Positions 1 to 13,120 of a stretch of DNA of 64,000 nucleotides are shown one piece after another. A program made the translations under genes and the position numbers. The DNA comes from Octopus vulgaris (lineage: Eukaryota), in contig OX597816.1 in the NCBI GenBank assembly GCA_951406725.2, forward strand, positions 15,810,001 through 15,874,000, in the 5' to 3' direction. The stretch's first letter is position 1. Every line of letters begins with the position of its first letter. The notes under the pieces are model-generated. The model did no database searches. It was given only the letters and a program-made list of their open reading frames with translations, and was not told the origin of the DNA.

Positions 1-129
1 AGTCCACCAACTTATTTAAGTTGTGCTCATCATCAATTTGTATTCTTTTTGTATGATGCAAACCATCTTGATTTTTATGGGGTCCAACATGAAACCCTTG
101 ATCTCCATTCATCATCAAATGGCTTATTC
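1..129 (-). CDS. Candidate coding exon running off the left edge (MMNGDQGFHVGPHKNQDGLHHTKRIQIDDEHNLNKLVD...)
   Basis: Acceptor ttattatatag|GA at 130/129. One frame is open through the whole exon, with ATG at 115-113, in non-repetitive sequence. No family recognised. Confidence 0.35.
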
Positions 130-148
130 CTATATAATAAGTAGACAG

Positions 149-572
149 TAGGAGTGGCTGTGTGGTAAGTAGCTTGCTTACGAACCACATGGTTCAAGGT
201 TCAGTCCCACTGCATGGGCACCTTGGGCAAGTGTCTTCTACTATAGCCTCAGGCCCACCAAAGCCTTGTGAGTGGAATTGGTAGATGGAAACTGAAAGAA
301 GCCTGTCGTATATTAGTGCGTGTGTGTATGTATATATATGTGTGTGTGTGTGTGTGTGTTTGTCCCCCCCCCATCGCTTGATAACTGATGCTGATGTGTT
401 TACAGCCCCGTAACTTAGCGGTTCGGCAAAAGACACCAATAGAATAAGTACTAGGGTTACAGAGAATAAGTCCTCAGGTTGATTTGCTCGACTAAAGGTG
501 GTGCTCCAGCATGGCCACAGTCAAATGACTGAAACAAGTAAAAGAGTAAAGAGAGAAAGAGAGAGAGAGAGA
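149..572 (+). mobile_element. SINE family A (tRNA-derived head, internal (TA/TG)n, 3' end ...gactgaaacaagtaaaagag)
   Basis: A-box-like tggctgtgtggtaag and B-box-like ggttcagtccc; many related copies in the window. Confidence 0.85.
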
Positions 573-824
573 GTATGAGACTAACTGCGAACTACAAAAC
601 TCATAGTTCTCAATTACTGGTACAAACATTTATCTACCAGCATGTATAACACAAACCTTTCATCTGTAGCAAAAATCCAACCAAAACTCTGCGAGATATC
701 TTTTTCGTTTATTTTTTCCTTGTTTATTATTTGAAACCAATTCCAACCTATACATTAACTCGTTTATAACAAAATTTACATTTAGAAAACTTTATATATG
801 TATTAGGTATTTACATGAATTTAC

Positions 825-971
825 ATGTTCTGCCAGAAACTACTGACATGAAAGAATTAACGTTTCTTTTAAGTGGTCTTTGCAGCTGTAGAACTTCCAT
901 TTTGTTGTAATCACAAGACAGCATTTCCCAAATTGATGGAGCGTTGTTAACTCGGAAGATATTTGTGGTGA
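825..971 (-). other. Candidate exon (open frame [49 protein letters not shown])
   Basis: Acceptor ttag|TC at 972/971 and a stop-free frame in unique sequence. The donor is weak and its position uncertain. Confidence 0.3.
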
Positions 972-1009
972 CTAAGTTTAATTATAAACATATGCATCAT
1001 CAACTTTTG

Positions 1010-1257
1010 ATACATACATGTGTGTGGGTGTATATGAGTGTGTGTGTGTATATGTGTAAATTTGTATGTATTTATGTCTATGTACATAGGTGTATATGTA
1101 TGTGTATATTTTAATGTACACACATATATATACATGCATACACATATATACATACATACATGCATATATATATACACATGTATATATATATATACACATG
1201 CATATATATATATATACACATGCATATATATACACATGCATATATATACACATACAC

Positions 1258-1348
<91 letters not shown>

Positions 1349-1439
1349 TATATATACACATACATACACATATATATATATACACATACATATATATATA
1401 CACACATATACACATACATATATATATATACACACACAG

Positions 1440-1488
<49 letters not shown>

Positions 1489-1525
1489 GACACACACATA
1501 TACACATACATATATATATATATAC

Positions 1526-1582
<57 letters not shown>

Positions 1583-1675
1583 TGCATATATATATATATA
1601 TATATATATATAAGCACACACATATGTATTTGCACACACATGTATATGTGTATTTAGAGATAGATAGATAGATAC
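1010..1675. repeat. Compound (TA)n/(CA)n microsatellite
   Basis: Direct reading; explains six overlapping low-complexity ORFs. Confidence 0.95.
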
Positions 1676-1709
1676 AATGATTTTATTTACACACGTTGCT
1701 CATGCTGAC

Positions 1710-1902
1710 CTGAAAATCCGAAGAAACTAGAGAGAAGATTTGTTATCTAACTTCTCTTTCCCACCAGCAAGTAATTGGATGAGGAACATGCACTATTTTA
1801 ACCTTGGTTTCTTCCTGTTGTGTGGTATGTTTTCTTCTAAATTAATTCTGAAATTTTGCCTTCTCCAAGTTTATGCGTAAATTATAACTATGATATCCAC
1901 TC
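1710..1902 (-). other. Candidate non-coding exon
   Basis: Acceptor ttttgcag|GA and donor CAG|gtcagc; stops in all three frames. Confidence 0.3.
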
Positions 1903-2420
1903 CTGCAAAACGTGTACACCGATAATAACATATCACACATATATACTTAGTCATATAGGCTTTCTGAGACAGCGACAACTTCAAATACTTTAAATCCTGC
2001 GCTTGGTTGAATATAATTCATTATATCCTTATATAAAGGAAGCATCTCCTTTCTTTACAGTAAAGTAATTATTGCCCTTCACCAAGGACTCGGCTGATGG
2101 CTGAACAATTAATTACTAATGGAAGAAATGTATATGTGCTGACCAAAAGCCTTTGAGTGGATTTGGTAGACAGAAACTGAAAGTCAGTCAGTCTCACACA
2201 CACACACACTTATTTGTTTCAGTCATTTGACTGTGGTCATGCTGGAGCACTGCCTTTAGTCAAGCAAATCGACTCCAAAACTTATTCTTTGTAAGCCTAG
2301 TACTTATTCTATTGGTTGTCTTTTGCCGAACCACTAAGTTACAGGGGACATAAACCCACCAGCATCGGTTGTCAAGCGATGATGGTGGGGGGAACACAGA
2401 CACACAAACATACACACATA

Positions 2421-2469
<49 letters not shown>

Positions 2470-2746
2470 ATAAGAAAATGGAGAAATACATCTAAATCAA
2501 ATATCAATTACCAGATAATACTCAATCACATAAGAGACTGTAGGGTTAAATATAAAAAGCAGAACAAATCAGTGTACATAAAGGAATGTACATAAAAAAG
2601 TGTACATAAAAGAGTAATGTTGTGTAATAAGTAGAATATATATAAAAGAGAATATAAATATAAGTATAGATTACATCTTACAGCTGTTTCGGCCATGGAT
2701 ATATGTTATCCCATGGAGGGTTGCATTTACAACCCCTATCTCAATT

Positions 2747-2750
<4 letters not shown>
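2470..2750 (-). mobile_element. Penelope-like terminal fragment carrying the 3' half of a hammerhead motif
   Basis: Minus strand reads ccatgggataacatatatccatgg-cc-GAAAC-AGCT-GTA (core at 2690-2679). CUGANGA is missing, consistent with 5' truncation. Confidence 0.4.
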
Positions 2751-2788
<38 letters not shown>

Positions 2789-2831
2789 AGACAAAAGTGT
2801 ACGTACACCGCTATATATATATATATATATA

Positions 2832-3250
2832 TCTCTTATGATAAAAGGCAGATTTTCTCTGCCTCTGACATAGTTTGTTTTTAATACAATTGTACAATAT
2901 AGAATTTCTTCAATTGGAATTTACCTATGATTTTTCAAAGTAGATTCAATTGGGTCATGGCATATAAGGTTTTTTCAATTTGACCCCCAATTAAGCAAAA
3001 ATTCAAGAAAACTAAATATTTTACGATTTGCCTCTCTAATTTCAACTGCTTCACTCCTTCTATTACCACACTTTCTCCTACTTTCTCTTTGCAAGTGTAC
3101 CTTCAACCACTACTCAAAAAAAATACACAGGAAACAGAAACAAATAAATACATAACGATTTACTCCTCACACAATTTCTTCAATTGGAATTTACCTATGA
3201 TTTTTCGAAGTACATTCCATTCTATATTTTATAAATTAAAATTGGTTTTT
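2832..3250 (+). mobile_element. Possible Helitron 5' fragment with internal duplication
   Basis: Start a|tctcttatgataaaaggcag; a segment of about 33 bp (aatttcttcaattggaatttacctatgattttt) occurs at about 2903 and 3173. No CTAG end seen. Confidence 0.3.
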
Positions 3251-3431
3251 AATTTACTTTCTGTCGCTAAGTTTTGGTAGTATTAATTTGCGAGCATACT
3301 TCAGTTGTCGATTGTTGAAAGAAAGAAATTGTAAGCTAAGAAGGTGTGAGTGTGTGTGTATGTGTGTGCGTGTGTGTGTGTGTGCATGCATGTGTGTGTG
3401 TGCATGCGTGCGTGCATGCATGCATGCATGC

Positions 3432-3466
<35 letters not shown>

Positions 3467-3589
3467 TGTGTGTGTGTAGGAAGTGAAGGATAAAAATATG
3501 GCAAAAAGTGGACAGATGTACATATATACATACATACATACATACATACATACATGTGTGTGTGTATTAATGAGTGTGTGTGTGTGTTA

Positions 3590-3982
3590 TCTCTCTCTAT
3601 ATAAAGCTGAAGTTGTCTGTGTGCGCCAGGTTTGGTAACCTTCAACTAACACTATCTCCTCCGAGACCCTGAGGTGCAAGTTGACCAAAATTGAAAGTAT
3701 GATAGAAGAAGGGTTGCTCTTCCTTCCGTAGAAGATAAAATTCAAATTGGACCATGTTAACACCAAAATTTATTTACATCAAAAAGGTGCTTTTTTTTCT
3801 ATGAAAATCCCTATTTTTTATGATTTTTTTCACTGCTGTATCGCCGCTTTTTGGTGTATTTCAACAAGAAAAATGTTCACTTGAAGAGAATAACAAGCTA
3901 CATAATGCAAAATTTTTACTTTTGAAAAATTCCAATTCCAGCGGGTCGAAACAAACCCGAGCAACGCCGGGTGATACTGCTA

Positions 3983-3983
<1 letters not shown>
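3590..3983 (+). mobile_element. Non-autonomous Helitron
   Basis: A|TC start, subterminal hairpin cccgagcaacgccggg, CTAG|T end; a second copy lies at 45734-46116. Confidence 0.85.
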
Positions 3984-4013
<30 letters not shown>

Positions 4014-4020
<7 letters not shown>

Positions 4021-4468
4021 AAATATAAGGGAGTTAACGTTAAATAGGTTAACTCCAGTGCTAGAAATAGCTCCGTATTCTGGTATAGCCGCCGACGATA
4101 TTACATGCGGTACCCGCTTCCACTAAGTCTTGGCATATGCTTTTGGTGGGGAACTTGTATCTACAACCCTGTATGCAATCGATTAGACCGCATGGGTAAT
4201 CGTCGCCCATGAAGGTCTGATCAATTGTATCGATGACAAATGTTGCTGATGATTTATAGATATACATGTGAGTATAATTTACATATTATATTTATAAAGA
4301 AACAATTGTACAACATTAATCTATTTTTTAGTTGTATTTCACTTTCCTTACGTTGAAGGTAGTGCTATTTCTATGTGGAGGTATCATCGGCGGCTATACC
4401 AGAATACGGAGCTATTTCTAGCACTGGAGTTAACTTATTTAACGTTAACTCCCTTATATTTACGGATA
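4014..4468. repeat. Inverted repeat with 87-bp arms (4014-4100 / 4382-4468); MITE or Penelope-type inverted terminus
   Basis: The arms are reverse complements with two mismatches around a spacer of about 280 bp. Confidence 0.85.
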
Positions 4469-4802
4469 AATATGTATCGTCTCCCTAGTTCTCTATGTGC
4501 TAGGTCGCTTGGTGTTAAACAAATGGTATTATTAAATTAATATCTAATTTTTCACCCTCATCTATGAATGTATATATATATATAAAATACAAAATGGAAC
4601 AAGAATGCAAAACATCTAGATGCATGATACAAAGAAAACAAGGACAGGTCATTCAAAGTTTTCTTTCCTCAGTTGAGTTCCAGATTATCTTTGCAATTTT
4701 GGCTGGTTATAATCGAGATTGCTCCGATCTGGCCAGCCCCAAGGAAAAACTAAGCTAAGAGCATTAGATTCCTCAAAGCACAAACCTGACTCAAATGCTT
4801 AC

Positions 4803-4916
4803 ATCAGAGTAGATAATTCTGCTGAAGGCATCCAAGGTGTCATGTAGGTGGTGGAGGTGGTGTTAAACTGAATGACAGATTTAGTTTACCATCCCCACAA
4901 GCATCAAAAACATAAT
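4803..4916 (-). other. Candidate exon
   Basis: Acceptor ttattccag|AT and donor GAT|gtaagc; stops in all frames. Confidence 0.35.
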
Positions 4917-5003
4917 CTGGAATAATTACACATTACAGAAAAAAAAAATTATATGAGACAATGCGATATTGTTTATGTATTTCCAGCAAGTATGATAGAT
5001 AAC

Positions 5004-5041
5004 TCTGGACATTTTCAGTTTATTCTGACCTCATCAGCAGA
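5004..5041 (-). ncRNA. Decayed minimal type I hammerhead-like motif
   Basis: tctg-CTGATGA-ggtcagaataaact-GAAA-atg-TC-caga; stem I tctg/caga pairs and stem II is degraded. Confidence 0.45.
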
Positions 5042-5507
5042 CCAATTGAGAGAATCATTAAAAGTTTGTACATTGGTTGATGTATATATAAGAACAGAGT
5101 AGTTTAGAAATTAAATAATTCAGACATGAGCTATATACACAAGATGTTTAATATATGAAGCCTTTCTTTTACTTGTTTCAGTCAGACTGTGGCTATGCTG
5201 GGGCACCACCCTGAAGGATTTTAGTTTGAGCGGATCAACTGCAAGACTTATTTTTCTTTTCTAAAGCCTGTTATTCAATCAGTCTCTTTTGTTGAGCTGC
5301 TAAGTTACAAAGCCAAAACACATCACTACAAGTTGTCAAGTGATGGTGGGCAACAAACACAGACAATGACAAACACACACACAATCCTGTGGTTTCGGGT
5401 TCAGTCCCCAGTGAGCTGCACCTTGGACAAGTGTCATCTACTGTAGCCCCAGTGTGACCAAAGACTTGCAAGTAGGTTTCATAGATGGAAACTGAAAGAA
5501 GCCTCAT

Positions 5508-5549
<42 letters not shown>

Positions 5550-6165
5550 CATGTATACATACATACATGTATACATACATACATGTATACATACATGCAT
5601 GCATACATGCATGTATACATACATGCATGCATACATACATACATACATGTGCATTTAAGTCTCCTTGTCTTGGCATTGCATGATAAACAAGGTGCAGGTG
5701 TGGCAAAAAGCCTGCTTCCAAAATTCATGGTTCTTAGTTAAGTTCCACTGCATGCCACTTTGGGTAAGTGTCTACTATAGCCTCAGGCCAACTGAAGCAT
5801 TGAGTGAATTTGGTAGACGGAAAATGAAAGAAGCCCAGTGGGTGTGTGCCCAGCCACCCCTGCACTAACCACTTGACAATTGATGCCGGTGTGTTTACAT
5901 CCCCATAATTTAGTGGTTTAGCAAACAAAACCAATAGAACGAGTATCAGGCTTAGAAAAAGTAATTAGTACAGGGATTAATTAGTTCAACAAATTATTCT
6001 TAAAGCTGATGCCCCAACATGGCCACAATGGAATGACTGAGATAAGTAAAAGAAAAGAGATAAAGACAACAGGTAAGGCCATACTGGAGCTCTTTTGAAG
6101 ACAAATATAGTTTTTTAGCTTTCTTTCGTTCACTTGTGGAGAAGGTTTCATTTATTTGAATGTCA

Positions 6166-6330
6166 TAGGTGCAGGAGTGGTTGTGTAGTAAGTAGCTTGT
6201 TTACCAACCACATGGTTCCGGGTTCAGTCCCACTGCGTGGCACCTTGGGCAAGTGTCTTCTGCTATAGCCTCGGGCCGACCAATGCCTTGTGGAGTGGAT
6301 TTGGTAGACAGAAACTGAAAGGAGCCTGTC

Positions 6331-6366
<36 letters not shown>

Positions 6367-6593
6367 GTATATATGTGTGTGTGTTTGTGTGTCTCTGTTT
6401 GTCTCTCTAGCATTGCTTGACAACCAATGCTGGTGTGTTTACATCCCCCGTCACTTAGCGGTTCGGCAAAAGAGACCGATAGAATAAGTACTGGGCTTAC
6501 AAAGAATAAGTCCCGGGGTCGATTTGCTCGGCTAAAGGCAGTGCTCCAGCATGGCCGCAGTCAAATGACTGAAACAAGTAAAAGAGTAAAGAG
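6166..6593 (+). mobile_element. SINE family A, full length
   Basis: Same head, body and tail as 149-572. Confidence 0.9.
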
Positions 6594-6674
6594 ATTTCAT
6601 CAATTAAGAAATCGGTCAATTTACAACTGAGGTAGAGACAACATCCTCTGTGTCAACTCATTTGTTATACTTAC

Positions 6675-6730
6675 TCTGAAATGGAACTTAGCACACCTTG
6701 ACTCTTAGGAAATGTTACTTCCCACTTCAG
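6675..6730 (-). other. Candidate 56-nt exon (LKWEVTFPKSQGVLSSIS)
   Basis: Acceptor tgtatgcag|CT and consensus donor AGA|gtaagt. Confidence 0.35.
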
Positions 6731-6829
6731 CTGCATACAAGATGAGAGAGAATATGGTGATGATGGTGATGATGATGGTAATGATGATAATGAAGCGGAG
6801 GAAGTGAAAAATGATACTAGAATACTGGC

Positions 6830-6878
<49 letters not shown>

Positions 6879-7505
6879 ATTGCGTATGTGAACATGAATG
6901 TTTGTCAGGAGTGGCTGTGGTTAATCACAGCACTGACACCATTTTACTCACTTAGTATTTTTGCTCTTCACACACCCCCACCCCCCACCCCACCACCATC
7001 ATCCACCCATCACCACCCATCATCATCATCACCACCATCTGCTGCTTCTACTGAAATGTAAAAAAACCTTACATGAAAGTTAGAGAAAGAGTTTGCTCTG
7101 TCAATGTTCTTTCTCCTACTCCACCCCTCCTTCCTATCATCATCATTAATCTTCATCACTCATTTCTATTTCAGGGTGGGCACTAGAGTTACAGGGGTGG
7201 AGTAGCGAAGAGAGAGAGCCAACACAGAAGCCGAGGCCTGTTTCTCGTCAAAATGTGACTCAGACCCAAAAAACAAACACATTTAGATAAATTTATCCAA
7301 GATACACTTACACTTGAATCAAAAAAGGCAAGATGATCACAGTGGTGGTTTGGACACCTAAAATCCTTGGATCAGAGCTCTGCTCTCTCCCTCAGAGCTG
7401 ACCCGGGGTTAAACTACAGTAACATTAGTCATTTCAAAATATTGTCAAGTTCAAGGCAATTCCCTATTTTTGTACCCTTGCTATGATTCACTCCCTTCAG
7501 CTCTT

Positions 7506-7949
7506 TTAATCCTTTAGAATCCAGATTATTCTGTTGAATGTAATGTTTATTTATTCATCATTGTTTTGAATTGATTACGTATTATCCCATAGCTTCAAGA
7601 TTTCAATGACATGATTGCTTAGTCTTAGAGGGACATTGTAGAGAAGGTGAGAGAGGCCAGATCTGGCTGGTTTGAACAGAAAACTGAATACTTTGGCAGG
7701 GTCATCATCATCATCGTTTAACGTCCGCTTTCCATGCTAGCATGGGTTGGACGATTTGACTGAGGGCTGGTGAACCAGATGGCTGCACCAGGCTCCAATC
7801 TTGATCTGGCAGAGTTTCTACAGCTAGATGCCCTTCCTAATGCCAACCACTCCGAGAGTGTAGTGGGTGCTTTTAAGTGCCACCAGCATGGGGCCAGTTA
7901 GGTGGTATTGGCCATGACCTCATGGCCAGTTTAAAAGCTAAAGGGTTAA
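7506..7949 (+). mobile_element. piggyBac-type MITE (family 2) interrupted by a family C insertion (about 7703-7922)
   Basis: TTAA flanks with tcctttag...ctaaaggg termini; an opposite-strand copy lies at 32316-32543. Confidence 0.7.
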
Positions 7950-8482
7950 AACATGATCATCATTTTGATATCCACATTTCCATGCCTGTATAGACCAGAT
8001 GGCATTTTGTGAGGTAGATTTTTCTACGGCCAGATTCCCTTTTTGTTGCCAACCCTTACTTGTTTACGAGCAAGACAATAGTTCTTCGTGGCCAGACACA
8101 TTTTGTAGAAAATTGGAAATGAATGACACTGCTTGTATGACAGTGACACTCGTTTACAATTACACAATGTCATGACAAGATTCAAACACACACACAACAG
8201 GTTTCTTTCAATTTCCATCTACCAAATCCTTTATGGAGACTTTTATTGGCCCAGTGGCTGTAGTAGAAGACAAGGTGCCATTCCCAAGGTGCCATGCAAT
8301 GACACTGAACCCAAGACCATGTGGTTAGGAAGCAAATTTCTTAATCACACGGCCAGTTATTATTAATAAGTCTTTCTGTCTGACATTTTGGGAGAGAAGT
8401 TAGTCCATTATATTGACCCCAGCACTCAACTGGTATTTTTTTTATTGACCCAAAAAGGAAGAAAGACAAAGGATAAAAGACA

Positions 8483-8716
8483 AGGCAGGAAGCTGGTAGA
8501 AACATTAGCACGCTGGGTGAAATGCTTAGCGTTATTTCGTCTACCGCTATGTTCTGAGTTCAAATTCTGCCGAGGTCAACTTTGCCTGTCATCCTTTCAG
8601 GGTTGAGTAAATAAGTACCAGTTATGCACTGGGGCTGATATAATCGATTTAATCCGTTTGTCTGTCCTTGTTTGTCCTCTCTGTGTGTAGCCCCTTGTGG
8701 GCAGTAAAGAAATAAG
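8483..8716 (+). mobile_element. SINE family B (tRNA-derived; core gactttgcctttcatcctttcggggtcgataaattaagtaccag)
   Basis: B-box gagttcaaattc; many copies in the window. Confidence 0.85.
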
Positions 8717-8836
8717 ACAAAGACAATTTCAGCAGAATTTGAACTCAGAACCAAAGAAGGAAGAAATGCTACCTGTGGATTAGAGAAGGGCAACTGGGAG
8801 AGGTCAGTAGCCTCAGCGGTCAGTGTGACAGCTGTG

Positions 8837-9040
8837 CAGGGTGTCCCAGAAGTCACACACTATCCTGGTTTAAAAAAAAAAAAAGCACCTTTATCGATTT
8901 CAAAAACACTTTCTTGAAATTAATCATAAGGAATGCTCTCAAATTGAGCACCCACTGCAACAAATTGAATAAAACAAAATAATTTAGAAAAATTATTCTT
9001 AATGAATAACCAGGATGGTGTGTGATTTCTGGGACACTAT
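8837..9040. mobile_element. Tc1/mariner-type MITE
   Basis: TIRs cagggtgtcccagaagtcacacactatcctggtt / aaccaggatggtgtgtgatttctgggacac. Confidence 0.7.
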
Positions 9041-9105
9041 AACAAGATTTGAAACTTTTGAGTACTACTGTCTTCTATGCAGAGAATCTCTGGATCTGAT
9101 CTGTG

Positions 9106-9206
<101 letters not shown>

Positions 9207-9243
9207 AATATATATACACACACATATATAGGCACACATATAT

Positions 9244-9762
9244 TGTTGTTGTGACCCCCTTCGGTCATGAATGACCATGGGATTGCCCCTAGAAGGTTAC
9301 CCTCTGAGGCACAAGTCTGGGCAAGGTTGTTTATGAAAGATCAGCAGTCGCCCATGCACACCAGCCTCCCCTCTCCATGCCACCAATGTTATCCAAAGGA
9401 AAGGCAAATGTGGATACAGCTTGGCACCAGTGACGTCGCAACTCATTTATTAATGTCCAAGTAGCTGAGCACTCCACAGACACGTGTACCCTTAACGTAG
9501 TTCTCAGGGAGATTCAGCGTGACACAGAGTGTGACAAAGCAGGCCCTTTGCAATACAGGTACAACAGAAACAGGAAGAAAGAGTGAGAGAAAGTTGTAGT
9601 GAAAGAGTACAGCAGGGTTCACCACCGCCGTCTGCTGGAGCCTCGTGGAACTTTAGGTGTTTTCACTCAATAAACACTCACAATGCCTGGTCTAGAAATC
9701 GAAACCGCAGTCCTACAACCACGAGTCCACTGCTCTAACCACTAGGCCAATGCACCTCCACA
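9244..9762 (-). mobile_element. SINE family D (tRNA head, (CAA)n tail)
   Basis: Head tggcctagtggttagagc...ggtttcgatt; TSD of about 10 bp (acacatatat); related copy at 26828-27126. Confidence 0.8.
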
Positions 9763-9838
9763 GACACATATATATAGACACTCATATATAGACACATAGA
9801 CACACACACACACATCATTATTTATTATAAATGGACAA

Positions 9839-10362
9839 AGGCAGAAAGCTGGAAGAATCATTAGTGCTCTGGATGAAATGCTTAGCAGTATTTCATCTGT
9901 CGCTACATTCTGAGTTCAAATTCCACCGAAGTTGACTTTGCCTTTCATCCTTTCAGGGTCAATTAAATAAGAACCAGCTACACACTTGGGTCAATGTAAT
10001 CGACTTAATCCCCTCCACCAAGCTGCCCTTGGGGCAAAAATTTGAAATCATTATTATTAATGGACAACATGCTTAGTGGCTTTTAGTCTGTCCTTATGTT
10101 CTGAGTTCAAATTCCGCTGAGGTTGTCTTTGCCTTTCACCCTTTGAGGGGTGATAATACAAGTACCAAATGAGCACAGGGGCTGATATAATAGACTTAAC
10201 CCTTCCCTTATCTTTGAGCTCTTCTTCCTTTAATAGAAAGACTTATTACAGTTGGCAGACTCGTTAGCATGCTGGACAAAATGCCTTGTGGCATTTCGTC
10301 TGTCTTTATGCTCTGAGTTCAAATTCCACTGATCTTATGTTGCCTTTCATCCTTTCAGGGTT
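9839..10362 (+). mobile_element. Cluster of three degenerate SINE B copies
   Basis: Repeated ctgagttcaaattcc...gcctttcatccttt motifs. Confidence 0.75.
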
Positions 10363-10678
10363 CATCATCATCATCATTTAACGTCTGCTTTCCATGCTAG
10401 CATGGGTTGGACGATTTTGACTGAGGGCTAGCAAACCAGATGGCTGCACCAGGCTCCAATCTTGATCTGGCAGAGTTTCTACAGCTGGATGCCCTTCCTA
10501 ACACCAACCACTCCGAGAGTGTAGTGGGTGCTTTTTACATGCCACTGGCATGGGGGCCAGTCAGGTGGTACTGGCAACGACCTCGCTCAAATCCTTTTAC
10601 ACATGCCACCAGCACAGGTGCCAGTAAGGCGACATTGGTAATGATCACACTCGAATGGTGCCCTTTTATGTGCCAACC
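10363..10678 (-). mobile_element. Family C, RTE-tailed retroposon with (GAT)n tail
   Basis: Reverse complement of ...ggaagggcatccagctgtagaaac...ggaaagcggacgttaaacgatgatgat; many copies. Confidence 0.85.
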
Positions 10679-11916
10679 AGTTGAGTACTGGGGTCAACAT
10701 AACCAACCAGCTCCCTCCTTCAAAATTTCAGCTCTGATGCCTACAGCAGAAAAGATTATCATTATTGATAAAAATGATAAGAATACAATACATTTGTCTC
10801 ATAGGAGCCAAGACACTAATGGGTTTCATATCAGATGTTGAGAACCAACTTTGGCAATTATCTATTAACTTACATATGAATGCCTGTCTTTTGCTGTTTT
10901 TTTTTTTTAACTTCTGGATTTTTTTAAACACACACATACATGTGCACATACACACACACAGATCTGTGTGTAAATCAAACCAGGAGTTTTAGAATGTTTC
11001 TACCCACAACTGTTTCCCGTATTTAGAGAGAAAAAAAATACTTAAGAGATAAATACAAAAGGAAATTCTTCTCTAAACGTTGCATTGATATTTTAATATA
11101 TCTCACAGTCCCAACTATTATGACTAACACCGATATTCTTGAAAGAAATACTGTTGAAATGCATTTCTCTTCTGTTTCTTTCTCTCTTGTATATCTGATT
11201 ATAGTTTTTCTTATAATCTCTGCTGTCTTGTCCAGTATATGATACAATGAACAAAGCAGAGTTATGCACTGTCCAAATAACTTGATAAAAACCAGAAAAC
11301 TTTGAGGAAAAGAAAATGCATTTTGCTTTGTTGTATCATTGATATAAAATAGTAAAAAAAAAAAAAATTGGAATTTGGGATTCCTAGCTTCAGTAATTTC
11401 TGATATATTCATCAGAGTGAACATATTATCAATCAAACAAACAAACAAACGTGTAAAAACAGTGGCACTTCGTTTTTCCTTTTGATATACTAAATGAAGG
11501 GAAATTTTGGAAGTGGTGTACAATATAGAATCATTTGATGTAACTGGGGGAAAAAATAAAAGTCTTAAGAACACCAGGAACTTGATTATTTCAAAGGCTT
11601 TGCAGATAGCCCTTTTTTTTTTTTTTTTGCTTCTTCATCCTTTCTCTCCAAAGGATGCTGAAAAAGTGGGTGAATTGCTTCAGGGAAAACTATTGGTCTC
11701 ATCCTGTCGAAAGAATTTTCTGTTATTAGAATGTTTCTTTTTTAAAAAAACAATGTAAGAATGATTGATAAACTGATTGATATGCTGATTAAAGTTGATT
11801 GAATATAACACCCAAGACTTTTTGACCTCATCAAGCAGGAATGATGGTGCCATCAAGATAGATGCTTTCAATAATATATTCATAACTTTTTTTAAGGAGA
11901 AAAATTAATTTCTATC

Positions 11917-11951
<35 letters not shown>

Positions 11952-12140
11952 TTTCTTTTTTTCGTTTTGTGGCATTATTTAATTCGAGACAGTGATCATC
12001 TATTCATATATTGATATTTTTAACAATGACAGAAAAATCAATTTTTCGAGAGTTTAGTATCGAAGGAAAGTGTGGAATATATTAATGCTTTTGTCATCAT
12101 TGTCATAAAAGCCGTGTACAAGGAAGGAATCCAGGTTTTG

Positions 12141-12553
12141 ACAGAGAGAGAGAGAGTTGGGAGGGGGGAGGGGGAAGAGAGAGATAAAGAAAGAGAGAAA
12201 GTGAGAGAGAAGGAAGAGAGAGAGAAGGAAGAGAGAGAGAAGGAAGAGAGAGAGAAGGAAGAGAGAGAGAGAAGGAAGAGAGAGAGAGAGAAGGAAGAGA
12301 GAGAGAGAGAGGAAGAGAGAGAGAGAAAAGAAAGAGAGAGAGAGAAAAGAAAGAGAGAGAAAGAAAAGAGAGAAAAAGAAAGAGGGAGAAAAAAAGAGTG
12401 AAAAAGAAAGAGAGAGAAAAAGAAAGAGAGAGAAAGAAAGAGAAAAAGAAAGAGAGAGAGAGAGAAAGAAAGAGAAAAAGAAAGAGAGAGAGAGAGAAAG
12501 AAAGAGAAAAAGAAAGAGAGAGAAAGAAAGAGAAAAAGAAAGAGAGAGAGAGA
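12141..12553 (+). repeat. Almost pure polypurine (GA-rich) tract
   Basis: About 410 bp of G/A; explains the ER-rich and SL-rich ORFs. Confidence 0.95.
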
Positions 12554-13120
12554 GTCAGCAAGTGAGGAATGGAGAAAGGAAGAATTGAGAATATAAATAT
12601 ATAAATACTGATTTATTTTGATTAGGCAAAAGGTCGGTTCTTTGAAAAGGGGACAGGTGGCTTGGTTCAACTGACCCCAGTATAATATCAGAATAGCAAA
12701 TTAACTAATGAGAAACCTGAAAACCTTGGCATTCTGTTGCTAGAAATGTCAGCTAAATCTCCCCTCAATTACATCTACTGCTGTCGTAAAAATAATGTAG
12801 TCTTGACTATAAAAAGTCTAAAATACATAAATAAATAGCCCCATGGTTATAATAGGTCTTAGAACGTAAGTCTGTTCAATTAGGGCTCACATGGGGCTAA
12901 AGAAAGGCAGAAAAATAGACATCAAAGTCTCGGTTAGAATGCCTTGTTGCATTTGTCCCAATTCTCAATTTCGCAGTTTCTTTCTCCCTTTTATTCTACT
13001 AACCCCAGAAGCTCTACAAAAATGGTTTGCAAGAACTACATTTCCTCCACTGTATTGGCTGTGAAAAAAAAAAAAGAACTACTATTATAATAGCCTCTAC
13101 TCCAGTAGAGGCCATTATAA

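Noticed and set aside
149-230. tRNA genes at SINE heads (also 9690-9760, 27055-27125)
   Set aside because: A/B boxes are present but there is no complete cloverleaf, and each is attached to a SINE body.
947-1671. Long ORFs of 165-230 aa in all six frames
   Set aside because: Translations of a (TA)n/(CA)n microsatellite, which lacks stop codons.
11023-11574. 183-aa ORF in unique DNA
   Set aside because: Non-ATG start, runs through homopolymers, and has no recognisable motif.
12038-12670. ER-rich and SL-rich ORFs
   Set aside because: GA microsatellite translation.
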